Source: a virus | Lineage: Duplodnaviria > Caudoviricetes | Reading direction: 5' to 3' (one strand) | Length of the DNA: 40,778 nt | IMG/VR virus record: IMGVR_UViG_3300032288_000672 | Coordinates: 1-40,778 of that record | Shown: positions 1 through 8,487 of the stretch, in pieces | Position numbering within the stretch: position 1 is the stretch's first letter | Layout of the letters: the number at the start of each line of letters is the position of its first letter | Program-made: the position numbers and the translations under genes | The notes under the pieces: generated by a model | Database searches by the model: none | What the model saw: the letters and a program-made list of their open reading frames with translations, nothing else | Told to the model about the DNA's origin: nothing

Positions 1-10
1 AGGGAGGGTA
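1..10. repeat. 10-nt terminal overlap AGGGAGGGTA (copy 1), probable circular-assembly junction
   Basis: Identical to 40769-40778; joining puts GGAGG RBS upstream of ATG 13 and continues the + strand operon. Confidence 0.75.
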
Positions 11-12
11 AG

Positions 13-219
13 ATGTGTGATCATCAGCAACATACAGAAGAAAATAGTTGGTGGGAGTATGATGCAAGGGGTATTCCCTTGTGTCGGGTGTGTGAGGAGT
101 GTGTTGAGGAGAAGCTGAGTAGGTATCGTCGTGAGGTTCTGGATAACTGGAACTATGAGGCTGATGAACCTATTGATGAAGAAGTAGGTCTTAATCCTCC
201 ATGGTGGGAGTACAAGTGA
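13..219 (+). CDS. Early hypothetical protein with CxxCxxC motif
   Basis: 68 aa, RBS GGAGG, CRVCEEC; TGATG coupling to next ORF. Confidence 0.8.
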   Translation: MCDHQQHTEENSWWEYDARGIPLCRVCEECVEEKLSRYRREVLDNWNYEADEPIDEEVGLNPPWWEYK

Positions 220-434
220 TGACTGAGTATCGTTTGCATAGCAGTGGTCTGGTGTACACACCGGGGCTCCTTGAGTGGGCCAAGGTAGGTATGCTGTCTG
301 ATATTAACAAGATGGTGGAGATAATATCCAAGGGGTATGGTCTGTCCCAGAATGTGGCGTATAGTCTACTGTCTGGACATATCCAGTACAGGGTAGAGGG
401 TGAAACTGTTGTCTTTGAAGTGGAGGAAGTGTGA
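219..434 (+). CDS. Early hypothetical protein
   Basis: ATG 219 overlaps upstream stop, RBS GGGAG. Confidence 0.75.
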   Translation: MTEYRLHSSGLVYTPGLLEWAKVGMLSDINKMVEIISKGYGLSQNVAYSLLSGHIQYRVEGETVVFEVEEV

Positions 435-643
435 TGACACTGGTGGTAAACTATCCGAGCAAGAAGATACTGAAGGAGAATGTGGGCAAGCGTCTCAGGT
501 ATACTGAAACGTCCATGTTCGGGCCTGAGTATCAGGATAATGGAATGTTGACTGTGGCTAATCGGCCACATATCACAGGGCTGGGCAGAGAGTTCTTTGC
601 ACAGGTATGGATGCGCGATGGCCTCATTGAAAAAGTCAAGTGA
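434..643 (+). CDS. Early hypothetical protein
   Basis: RBS GGAGG, TGATG coupling. Confidence 0.8.
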   Translation: MTLVVNYPSKKILKENVGKRLRYTETSMFGPEYQDNGMLTVANRPHITGLGREFFAQVWMRDGLIEKVK

Positions 644-739
644 TAAAATGCTGTACCGTGTGGTCAGGTACAAGTGTAACAGCAAGGGCGGGTTGATTCC
701 TGTCTATGTCAAACGGCGCAAATGTAAACGACTAAGTAC

Positions 740-767
740 TTGACATACGCTAAGTATCTGATATGAT
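740..767 (+). promoter_or_regulatory. Host sigma70-type promoter TTGACA-N16-TATGAT with extended -10 TG
   Basis: TTGACA 740-745, TATGAT 762-767, upstream of AGGAGG RBS of the GP88-like gene. Confidence 0.75.
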
Positions 768-794
768 TAGATAATCGGAAACAGGAGGTTGACA

Positions 795-1508
795 ATGTGG
801 AAGGGTAAGCTACTGTCTGTTGGCACAAATGCCAAGACTGTCAAGGGGGATAAAGCAAGTGAGTATCTTACGGCTATCATGTATCTTGCACCAGCAGACT
901 TGTCCGGGGCGGGGAATGTCTGTGCCTTCGCTGTCATGGCGGGTTGCAAAAATCCGTGTCTCAATCTGTCAGGCCGAGGCAGATTTAACAATGTGCAGCT
1001 TGCACGAATCCGTAAAACCAAATGGTTCTTCACAGATCGTCAGGGGTTTATCCGGCAGCTTGAGACTGACATTGCCGGGTTTGTCAAGTATTGTCTTAAG
1101 GTGGGGAAGAAACCCGCCGTCAGACTTAATGGTACGAGTGACATCATGTGGGAAGTGGTGGCACCAGAGCTATTCAGTAAGTTTCCCCAAGTCCAGTACT
1201 ATGACTATACCAAGGTATACAAGCGAGCCTATACCAAACTACCTGACAACTACCACTTGACATTGAGTTATAGTGGTGCTAATCAGGAGTATGCCGAGGC
1301 GGTGCGTCTGGCACATATCAAGACTGGTGTCAATATGGCAGTGGTATATCGCACCAAAGAATTGCGACAGCTATCAGGTGCCATTGACGGGGATGAGACT
1401 GACTTACGATTCCTTGATCCTCGGGGTGTTATCGTGGGCTTGTATGCCAAGGGTAAGGCCAAGCATGACAAGTCTGGGTTTGTGGTTGATCAATCAACTG
1501 GAGCATGA
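795..1508 (+). CDS. GP88-family protein (Cys-rich, possible radical SAM-like Fe-S protein)
   Basis: NAKTVKG, Cx7Cx3C (CAFAVMAGCKNPC), VRLNGTSD, YDYTK, DLRFLD, GLYAKG motifs; AGGAGG RBS. Confidence 0.7.
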   Translation: MWKGKLLSVGTNAKTVKGDKASEYLTAIMYLAPADLSGAGNVCAFAVMAGCKNPCLNLSGRGRFNNVQLARIRKTKWFFTDRQGFIRQLETDIAGFVKYCLKVGKKPAVRLNGTSDIMWEVVAPELFSKFPQVQYYDYTKVYKRAYTKLPDNYHLTLSYSGANQEYAEAVRLAHIKTGVNMAVVYRTKELRQLSGAIDGDETDLRFLDPRGVIVGLYAKGKAKHDKSGFVVDQSTGA

Positions 1509-1756
1509 TGATGAGATACGTAATCACGGAAATGTTTGACGGGAAGTGGTGGGTGTCCTCTCATAAGGCACACCTTGGGTGGGAAACTTTGGACGGTGTG
1601 TACCACACCCTAGCAGAAGCCGAGGCTGACTGTGACAAGGCCGGGGGAGGGTACACTGTGACTCACCATGACAAGTGGTGGACTTTGGATAATGCCATCA
1701 GTGAGAACGACTACAGTTCTTATCGGGAGAAGGAGATTGACTATGACTACCTCTGA
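1505..1756 (+). CDS. Early hypothetical protein
   Basis: Overlaps upstream stop, GGAG RBS. Confidence 0.75.
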   Translation: MMMRYVITEMFDGKWWVSSHKAHLGWETLDGVYHTLAEAEADCDKAGGGYTVTHHDKWWTLDNAISENDYSSYREKEIDYDYL

Positions 1757-2036
1757 TGATTCTTACATTGCTGTCAATGCAGAAGGTGACATCACAACAT
1801 ATGTTGGGAAGGATGCCACACATTTATTCCGGGCAAGGACGGTACGCCATGCCTTGCTTGGATGGCAGAAGTTCAAGATGAAGCCTACTCGTGGCGTCAA
1901 CCTGACAAAGATGCTGGCCATCGCCGGGGAGTATACGGGGAAGAAGTACAAGCGTACTCAGGTGGAAGAAGCCATCCAAGATCTTGACGTATGGACCAAG
2001 ACCATGGTTGCAGCCCTACCTGTGGAGGGTGTGTGA
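1743..2036 (+). CDS. Early hypothetical protein
   Basis: AAGGAG RBS before ATG 1743. Confidence 0.75.
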   Translation: MTTSDDSYIAVNAEGDITTYVGKDATHLFRARTVRHALLGWQKFKMKPTRGVNLTKMLAIAGEYTGKKYKRTQVEEAIQDLDVWTKTMVAALPVEGV

Positions 2037-2287
2037 TGGAGTGGGTGAAGCAAGTACATGACTACCATCGTGGTGGCATGTCTTATGGTAAGATTGCCAA
2101 ACTGATGGGTATGACCAGAAACAAAGTCTTGTCTGCCCACCGTAGGTTCAGGTTCGGTATGAGCAATCACAAGTTCTATGAACTGAAGAACAAACAAGAA
2201 GTTCAGCTTACCAATATTATTACCTTGCCGAAGGTGACTGGTATCTGTAATCCTAAGTATAACTATAGGGAGTTTACACATGGCTAA
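2036..2287 (+). CDS. GcrA-like N-terminal helix-turn-helix protein
   Basis: MEWVKQVHDYHRGGMSYGKIAKLMGMTRNKVLSAHRR resembles GcrA N-terminal pattern (W..G.S...IA..LG..RN.V....HR); TGATG coupling, GGAGG RBS. Confidence 0.6.
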   Translation: MEWVKQVHDYHRGGMSYGKIAKLMGMTRNKVLSAHRRFRFGMSNHKFYELKNKQEVQLTNIITLPKVTGICNPKYNYREFTHG

Positions 2288-2468
2288 CCCAATGAACTTG
2301 ATGTCCCAAATCATTGACTACGAGGCGGGTATCCTTGAGGAAGATGAGATGGTGGATATGTTCCAAGAACTGTACGAGACTGGCCTGTTGTGGCAGTTGC
2401 AGGGTCACTATCAACGTACCTTCATGGACTTGGTAAGCACAGGAGCTATCTATGTCCCAAATGATTAA
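2280..2468 (+). CDS. Conserved-type small acidic phage protein
   Basis: IIDYEAG...FQEL..TG..WQLQGHY.R pattern common in phage early genes; GGGAG RBS. Confidence 0.75.
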   Translation: MANPMNLMSQIIDYEAGILEEDEMVDMFQELYETGLLWQLQGHYQRTFMDLVSTGAIYVPND

Positions 2469-2664
2469 GCCAGAGCAAATCCCGCTTCAAGTTGTCCATA
2501 CTTTCAGCAAGGCTAACAATGGCTGTGAATGTGATGTTTGCACAAGCGTTGCACTCGCCGCAGCCATCAACGCGTGGCCAAATGCGTGTCGCATAGAGTT
2601 CGATGATTGGGTCGAGATGGTTGAGGGTGAGATAGTATTGCCCGCGCCACTGGAGGGAAAGTGA
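2461..2664 (+). CDS. Hypothetical protein
   Basis: ORF with CECDVC; overlaps neighbours; start 2452 or 2461. Confidence 0.65.
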   Translation: MIKPEQIPLQVVHTFSKANNGCECDVCTSVALAAAINAWPNACRIEFDDWVEMVEGEIVLPAPLEGK

Positions 2665-2879
2665 AACTCAAGATCGAATGGTTGGTAGATGATTGGGATT
2701 GTGAGACTTGTGGATCAGACTATGCAGAAGGGGCTAACGTCTGGATTGATGGGGTGCTGACACTGGAGTTGACTCCCATTGCTCACTGTTATGACGGAGT
2801 AAACTATCCTCGTACTGATGTGTACAAGCGTATCCTTGAACACCTTGGTCATACTGTGGAGGTCATTGATGTCACTTGA
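2661..2879 (+). CDS. Hypothetical protein with DCETCG motif
   Basis: GTGA coupling, GGAGG RBS. Confidence 0.75.
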   Translation: MKLKIEWLVDDWDCETCGSDYAEGANVWIDGVLTLELTPIAHCYDGVNYPRTDVYKRILEHLGHTVEVIDVT

Positions 2880-3087
2880 TCCAAAGCGTTTGATGATTGA
2901 TCCACCAGAGGGGTGGAAGTATGGGTTTCCCAAAAGAATCCCACCTGAACATCAGTCACGTACCTTGCAGTGGTTGGTGGAAGAAGGGTATCCACAACAC
3001 CTGATTGATAAGATGGGTGATCATTTCTATTGTCGGTACTGGTCGGAGAAGGAGGATGAAGATGAACCCGTACAACAACGTAAGTGA
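2869..3087 (+). CDS. Hypothetical protein (IDPPEGWKYGFPK type)
   Basis: GGAGG RBS before ATG 2869. Confidence 0.75.
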   Translation: MSLDPKRLMIDPPEGWKYGFPKRIPPEHQSRTLQWLVEEGYPQHLIDKMGDHFYCRYWSEKEDEDEPVQQRK

Positions 3088-3226
3088 AGCTGACTTTATC
3101 AAATTGCAACAGGAGAGGCAGAAGAAAGATGCCATCATCCTTTCCCTGCATGAGCAAATAGACGAGTTGTTAGATGAGGTCAGGTACTGGCAACGACAGG
3201 CAATGAGGGATTTTCGCCGTGATTGA
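3062..3226 (+). CDS. Small coiled-coil hypothetical protein
   Basis: AGGAGG RBS, heptad-like sequence. Confidence 0.7.
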   Translation: MNPYNNVSEADFIKLQQERQKKDAIILSLHEQIDELLDEVRYWQRQAMRDFRRD

Positions 3227-3392
3227 GTATCGTATCTCAGAATATCCTGATGCAGCCATGGGTAAACATTACTCAATAGACTTCAAACTGGGCGAAACAT
3301 GGTATGTTCGGCAGCTTTTTATGACCAAGAAAGAAGCCACGAAAATGCTCAAGGAATTGAATAGGTTACAGAAGCCTATTGACAATTTCTGA
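3219..3392 (+). CDS. 57-aa hypothetical protein (below ORF-track cutoff)
   Basis: GTG start, GAGGGA RBS, VIEYRISEYPD...QKPIDNF; fills the gap. Confidence 0.6.
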   Translation: MIEYRISEYPDAAMGKHYSIDFKLGETWYVRQLFMTKKEATKMLKELNRLQKPIDNF

Positions 3393-3406
3393 ATCAACGA
3401 TATAAT
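3379..3406 (+). promoter_or_regulatory. Perfect consensus promoter TTGACA-N16-TATAAT for the replication module
   Basis: TTGACA 3379-3384, TATAAT 3401-3406. Confidence 0.85.
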
Positions 3407-3456
3407 AATACCAATGGTTCGCCGGGTTGATATATACCCATAGACAGGAGAATAAG

Positions 3457-3666
3457 ATGAAGTTTACAGGTAAACAAGTTACCCTTACATCATTATCTGA
3501 TGGTGTAGTTATAAAGATGAGTAATGGTACAGATACTGTAGAGCTTGTCCTTACTACACCAGAGAGTACTCAACTCATGTCATTCCTTATGTCTATCTTC
3601 GGGTTGGTAGAGGTCTATGAAGAAGATGGATTTGAACCTATAGAACAGGAAAGAAAGGTTCATTGA
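3457..3666 (+). CDS. Hypothetical protein
   Basis: AGGAG RBS before ATG 3457. Confidence 0.75.
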   Translation: MKFTGKQVTLTSLSDGVVIKMSNGTDTVELVLTTPESTQLMSFLMSIFGLVEVYEEDGFEPIEQERKVH

Positions 3667-3667
3667 C

Positions 3668-3850
3668 ATGCGTTGTCATATGTGTGATAAAGATTGTCCT
3701 GACCATGAGATTAAGTTGGAAAGAAAGCCTGATGGGAGTTTAACCTTTGGACCCTGTAACGAATGCCGTGACATCATATCAAGATCCCAAACTTCTCAAC
3801 AGGTCTGGGAGGAGGAAACACCTACCCTGCCCTTGTGGGATTTCGAGTGA
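3668..3850 (+). CDS. Small zinc-finger-like protein
   Basis: CHMC...CNEC pair of CxxC motifs; AAGG RBS. Confidence 0.65.
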   Translation: MRCHMCDKDCPDHEIKLERKPDGSLTFGPCNECRDIISRSQTSQQVWEEETPTLPLWDFE

Positions 3851-5390
3851 CGCATACTATCAGTATGATGATCACGACTATTGCTTCAGTTGTAACAAGT
3901 ACTTTAAGAAGGAAGGTGAAGTGAATATGCACAGCCCAACACCTGTCACCGAGAACATCAAGGTGTCAGGTATCATTGCGTCTATCCCTGACCGAAGACT
4001 GGACAGGAAGACTGTGGAAACCTACAAGGTTCTGCAAGAAGGGGAGAACCAGAAGTATCCCTACTACAAGGATGGCAAGATTGTTGCTATCAAGACACGC
4101 TATCCGGGCAAGGAGTTCTCTGTCCAAGGCCAGATCAATCAGGCCGAACTGTTTGGACAAAACTCTTTCCCTTCTGGTGGTCGTACCATTACCATTGTGG
4201 AAGGTGAGCTTGATGCTTTGTCTGCCAACCAGATGTTGAATGAACCTGTTGTCTCCGTGACTTCAGCAACATCTGCTTCCTCTGACCTGAAGCGTAACTA
4301 TGAGTACGTTGACAGCTTCAAGCAGATTGTCTTTGCCTTTGACAACGACAAGGCTGGACAGGAAGCCATGAAGAAGTGTGCCTCTCTGTTCGATCCTAAG
4401 AAGGTACGGTTGATGAAGCTGTCCCTCCACAAAGATCCGTCAGACTACCTTGTTCATGGAAATGTGAAGGACTTCTACGAAGCACATCGTACCGCTGGTC
4501 CCTTCACTCCTGATGGTATTGTGTCTGGCTCTACCATCTATGATCTGTTGTTGAAGAAGCCTGAGTACGAAGCTCTGCCCTACCCATGGAAGGGTGTACA
4601 GGACTATACCTATGGTATGCGTACCGGAGAACTGGTTACACTTATCGCCGGGACTGGTGTTGGCAAGACCCAGTTTATGCGTGAGCTTGTCTACCACCTG
4701 TTGACTGGTACTCAGCATAACATTGGTGTCCTCTTCCTTGAGGAACCTATCCGTGATACTGGTCTTGGTATCATGTCTATCCATGCAAACAAGCGGTTGT
4801 TCCTACCAGACACCGAATACACAAAGGAAGAATTTGATGGAGCTTATCAAGCTACTGTGGGCAGCGGTCGTCTTTTCTTGTACGATAGTTTTGGTAGTAA
4901 CAGCATTGACAAAATTCTTTCTACTATTCGCTTCTTAGTCCGGTCACTGGACTGTAAGTACGTCATCCTTGACCATATCAGTATTGTTGTATCGGATCAG
5001 GGGAGTGGGGATGAGCGCCGCGCCCTTGATGAGATTGCCACCAAGCTCAAGACGTTGACTGTTGAACTTAACATCTGCATCCTGATGGCTGCGCATTTGA
5101 AAAGGAGTCCTAATGGACAATCACATGAAGAAGGAGCGCAAGTTTCGCTCAGTGACATTCGTGGTACTGCTGGTATCGGCCAACTTAGCAATATCATTCT
5201 TGGCCTTGAACGAAACACACAAGCTGACGACCCTAGTGAGCGACACATTGTACGTGTGCGAGTAGTCAAGAACAGGTTTAACGGTATGACCGGACTGGCT
5301 ACCCACTTGCGTTATCAGCCGGGATCAGGTAGGCTATTGGAAGAAGAGCCGGATCTCCCGGTTCAGAACGAGGAGAAAAAGGATGATTAA
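3747..5390 (+). CDS. T7 gp4-like DNA primase/helicase
   Basis: Zn finger CPC..SSDA...YCFSC; TOPRIM EGELD and DNDKAG; Walker A AGTGVGKT; ILDHISI, DIRG, KNRF; exact start uncertain. Confidence 0.95.
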   Translation: MDPVTNAVTSYQDPKLLNRSGRRKHLPCPCGISSDAYYQYDDHDYCFSCNKYFKKEGEVNMHSPTPVTENIKVSGIIASIPDRRLDRKTVETYKVLQEGENQKYPYYKDGKIVAIKTRYPGKEFSVQGQINQAELFGQNSFPSGGRTITIVEGELDALSANQMLNEPVVSVTSATSASSDLKRNYEYVDSFKQIVFAFDNDKAGQEAMKKCASLFDPKKVRLMKLSLHKDPSDYLVHGNVKDFYEAHRTAGPFTPDGIVSGSTIYDLLLKKPEYEALPYPWKGVQDYTYGMRTGELVTLIAGTGVGKTQFMRELVYHLLTGTQHNIGVLFLEEPIRDTGLGIMSIHANKRLFLPDTEYTKEEFDGAYQATVGSGRLFLYDSFGSNSIDKILSTIRFLVRSLDCKYVILDHISIVVSDQGSGDERRALDEIATKLKTLTVELNICILMAAHLKRSPNGQSHEEGAQVSLSDIRGTAGIGQLSNIILGLERNTQADDPSERHIVRVRVVKNRFNGMTGLATHLRYQPGSGRLLEEEPDLPVQNEEKKDD

Positions 5391-5652
5391 TATTCCCATT
5401 GATATTGATATCAACCTCAGTACCGAGGGTCTTGAAGTGTACGCATCGTCAGGTGACTATGTATCTGACCAGACTTTGTACTCTTGGGTTACTCTTGTCA
5501 ATGAACTGGTCGAGGCACACAGAATCCCGAACCATCGTGGAAAGATTCTGGTCAGTGCAGATGACTATGATCGTCTTGTTGAAATTCTTCAGGACATGCA
5601 AGGTGCTATCACTCACTTTGGAAACTATCTGGAAAAAGCAGAGATTGTTTGA
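5383..5652 (+). CDS. Hypothetical protein
   Basis: 89 aa, overlaps both neighbours. Confidence 0.75.
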   Translation: MINIPIDIDINLSTEGLEVYASSGDYVSDQTLYSWVTLVNELVEAHRIPNHRGKILVSADDYDRLVEILQDMQGAITHFGNYLEKAEIV

Positions 5653-7319
5653 TGGATCTTGTCTTTGACATTGAAACTGATGGTCTTGATGCCACCCGTA
5701 TCTGGCTTATGGTTGGGAAGGAAGTGGGAAAGTCTGGTTTCATTATCGTCAAGGACAAGGAAACTTTCCTCCGCTTGGTCCCCAAGGTTACTCAGTGGAT
5801 TGGTCATAACTCTATTGACTATGACTCGTACATCATTGAGAAACTTTGGGGGTACAAGATACCTGTCAGTAAACAGACAGATACCCTTGTCCTGTCCCGA
5901 CTGTGTGACCCGGTAATGGACGGACATTCCCTTGACGCATGGGGAAAGCGTCTTGGATTTCCAAAGATTGAGTTCTCTGATTGGTCTGCATACTCTGACG
6001 AGATGAAGACTTATTGTAAGCAAGATGTGACTATCACGGAGCAAGTTCTTCTCCACCTTCGCCGGGAGATGAAGGGCTTCTCTGACAAGTCTATCAGGCT
6101 GGAACATTCCATGCAGTATATTGTGTCCCAACAAAAACGAAATGGCTTCCTTCTGGATGCAAAGGTTGCCATGGAGATTTATACAGGGGCCAAAGCTGAA
6201 GCCGACCGTATTGAGCAGGCAGTGCTTGAGTTCTTCCCACCCATCGTAACCGAGCGTTACTCTGAGAAGACAGGCAAGCGACTGAAGGATCATGTGGAAG
6301 AGTTCAACCTTGGCTCACCCTCACAAGTTGTCAAGCGTCTTAATTCTGTTGGGTGGAAGCCGTATATTAAAACCAAGTCTGGTAACTCGTGGAAGATCTG
6401 TCAGGAGAATCTGGATACCATTCCTGACACAGCACCACCACCTGTCCGTGATCTGAAGAAGTGGAAGATACTGGAAACTAGGTGGAAGACTGCCAAAGAC
6501 TGGCTGGAACGCATGGATACTGAAGGGAGAGTGCATGGACAAGTCATCTTACCGGGTGCCATTACCCACCGGGCCGCGCACCAAGGACCAAACATGGCAA
6601 ACATCCCAAGTATTACAGATGAGAGAGGCTTATCTGGACTATTTGCGTATGAATGCAGAGCAGCTTGGACTGTCCCAAGAGGCTATAAACTATGCGGAAC
6701 GGACGCTTCGGGAATACAACTTCGGGTACTTGCCCACTACATGAATGATCCTGAGTACACCAAGACACTCCTTGAAGGGGATATCCATACCTTTAACAAG
6801 AATGCTCTTGGTGAGTTCTGCAAGGACAGGCCCACTGCCAAGACGTTTATCTATGCTTGGCTTCTGGGTGCTGGAGTTGCCAAGGTTGCACAGATCCTTG
6901 GTTGCTCACACCAACAGGCTGAATGGTCCATGGAAAACTTCCTCCGGTCCATTCCTGCACTGAAGGAACTGAAACGTAAGGCTGCTATGGCGGCACAGCG
7001 AGGCTATCTGGTTGGTCTTGATGGTCGCCGTCTTGGCATTGAGTCCGAACACAAGGCACTGTCTGTTTACCTTCAGGGTGGGGAGACTGTGATTATGCGT
7101 GTTGCCAATGTGATGTGGTACAACGCAGCCAAACCTCTTGACTTCAAACAAGTTGTTTGGGTGCATGATGAATGGCAGACAGAGGTGAGGGAGAATCAGG
7201 CCGAGATACTGGGCAGGATACAGGTCCAGTCTATTCGGGATACTGGTGAACACTTCAAACTCAACTGCCCTCTGGATGGTGAATATAAGATTGGCTCAAA
7301 CTGGGCTGAAACCCATTGA
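5652..7319 (+). CDS. polA: Family A (T7-like) DNA polymerase with 3'-5' exonuclease
   Basis: ExoI FDIETD, ExoII HNSIDYD, ExoIII YCKQD; motif A DASGIQLR, motif B RPTAKTFIYAWLLG, motif C VHDE; C-terminal NWAETH. Confidence 0.97.
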   Translation: MDLVFDIETDGLDATRIWLMVGKEVGKSGFIIVKDKETFLRLVPKVTQWIGHNSIDYDSYIIEKLWGYKIPVSKQTDTLVLSRLCDPVMDGHSLDAWGKRLGFPKIEFSDWSAYSDEMKTYCKQDVTITEQVLLHLRREMKGFSDKSIRLEHSMQYIVSQQKRNGFLLDAKVAMEIYTGAKAEADRIEQAVLEFFPPIVTERYSEKTGKRLKDHVEEFNLGSPSQVVKRLNSVGWKPYIKTKSGNSWKICQENLDTIPDTAPPPVRDLKKWKILETRWKTAKDWLERMDTEGRVHGQVILPGAITHRAAHQGPNMANIPSITDERGLSGLFAYECRAAWTVPRGYKLCGTDASGIQLRVLAHYMNDPEYTKTLLEGDIHTFNKNALGEFCKDRPTAKTFIYAWLLGAGVAKVAQILGCSHQQAEWSMENFLRSIPALKELKRKAAMAAQRGYLVGLDGRRLGIESEHKALSVYLQGGETVIMRVANVMWYNAAKPLDFKQVVWVHDEWQTEVRENQAEILGRIQVQSIRDTGEHFKLNCPLDGEYKIGSNWAETH

Positions 7320-7343
7320 CACCATCAACCAGTATGATACACT
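7316..7343 (+). promoter_or_regulatory. Promoter TTGACA-N16-TACACT with extended -10 TG
   Basis: -35 overlaps the pol stop codon; upstream of AGGAG RBS of SSB. Confidence 0.65.
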
Positions 7344-7374
7344 ATAGATACTAACCAACTAACAGGAGATCTAA

Positions 7375-7902
7375 ATGGCTGCTTCAAAGACTTTGAACGG
7401 TGAGTTCCGCACCAATGTTTACTTTGCCCACGTACACGAGCCTTCCCAGTTTGGTCACTTTGAGGTGAACCTTGCTGTCACTCCTGAGATTGAGAAGGCA
7501 CTGGTTGACCTTCGCCTTGACAAGAAGATCAAGGCAGGGAAGGAACGGATCAACAATGGTGGAAAGTACATCACCCTCCGTAACCCCCAGACTGACCGTA
7601 CCAATAACATCTCTTCCATGGTTGTTGTCGATTCCTTCGGCAAGCCCATGACTGACTTGGTTGGTAATGGTTCTGAGTGCATCGTGTACTGGCGGGCCTA
7701 TGACCATCCCCAGTATGGCCGTATCATCAAGTTCGGCAAGATGCTGGAATGGGATGAGGAAGGGAAGACCAAGAAGTTTGCTGCCATGAAGGTTGTAAAC
7801 CTTGTCGAATACAAGGCTGGTGGTGATAACTTCTACGATCCTCTTCCCCCTGCCAAGGAAGTTGAGTCGTCTAAGGAAGTTGAATTTGAGATTGAGGAAT
7901 AA
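7375..7902 (+). CDS. Putative ssDNA-binding protein (T7 gp2.5-like)
   Basis: Position after pol, VGNGSECIV motif, acidic C-terminal tail EVEFEIEE. Confidence 0.7.
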   Translation: MAASKTLNGEFRTNVYFAHVHEPSQFGHFEVNLAVTPEIEKALVDLRLDKKIKAGKERINNGGKYITLRNPQTDRTNNISSMVVVDSFGKPMTDLVGNGSECIVYWRAYDHPQYGRIIKFGKMLEWDEEGKTKKFAAMKVVNLVEYKAGGDNFYDPLPPAKEVESSKEVEFEIEE

Positions 7903-7904
7903 GG

Positions 7905-8135
7905 ATGGACGAGAAGGATAATGTAAATCGTCCTTCTCACTATTCTTCTGGCACCATCGAATGTGTAGAGTATCTCAAGGACAACATGCCTTGGGATGCC
8001 TACACTGGTGGACTGGAGTGGAATGTGAAGAAGTACCTCCATCGCTGGCGATACAAACAACGCCCTGTGGAAGATCTTAAGAAAGCCAAGTGGTATCTGG
8101 AAAGGTTGATTAAGGAACTTAGCGATGACGAATAG
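7905..8135 (+). CDS. DUF3310 / T7 gp1.7-like protein (putative nucleotide kinase)
   Basis: VNRPSHY..G.IEC..., NVKKY.HR...K...EDLKKAKWYL. Confidence 0.85.
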   Translation: MDEKDNVNRPSHYSSGTIECVEYLKDNMPWDAYTGGLEWNVKKYLHRWRYKQRPVEDLKKAKWYLERLIKELSDDE

Positions 8136-8487
8136 TTTCTACCTTGACTTCGATGAGTACCAACACAATGCTCTTAAGACACTGAAGAAAGGTAACATCC
8201 ATCATCTTGGGTTTGGTCTACTTGCTGAATCTGGTGAAGTTGCAACCCTTCTACAGAAATACTTTCGCCAAGATCCTGTCTATTACCAGCCTGATTTGTT
8301 TGGTGATGGGTACTCACCCGAGTTTCGGGAAAGGATGTACAAGGAACTTGGTGATGTGATCTGGTACGTGGCTTGTCTGGCCAATTACTTTGGTCTTCCG
8401 TTGAGTTCTGTTGTCAATCATAATCTTAAGAAGCTTGAGAAGAGACAAGAAGAAGGGAAGATCCAAGGTGACGGAGACTACCGCTAG
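8125..8487 (+). CDS. MazG-like NTP pyrophosphohydrolase
   Basis: GL.AE.GEV, KELGDVIWY, NLKKL..R...G.I.G.GD.R. Confidence 0.85.
   Translation: MTNSFYLDFDEYQHNALKTLKKGNIHHLGFGLLAESGEVATLLQKYFRQDPVYYQPDLFGDGYSPEFRERMYKELGDVIWYVACLANYFGLPLSSVVNHNLKKLEKRQEEGKIQGDGDYR

Noticed and set aside
1-10. Window ends as true direct terminal repeats
   Set aside because: Only 10 nt and falls inside an operon at an RBS; more likely an assembly overlap
648-743. 31-codon basic ORF upstream of the 740 promoter
   Set aside because: Very short with weak RBS; cannot be supported from sequence alone
1197-1205. TACTATGAC matching the nick consensus of LUZ24/tf-like phages
   Set aside because: Only one exact copy noticed by eye; nick systems need many same-strand copies
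820-1260. 146-aa alternative-frame ORF within the GP88-like gene
   Set aside because: Fully nested, no RBS, no recognisable motif
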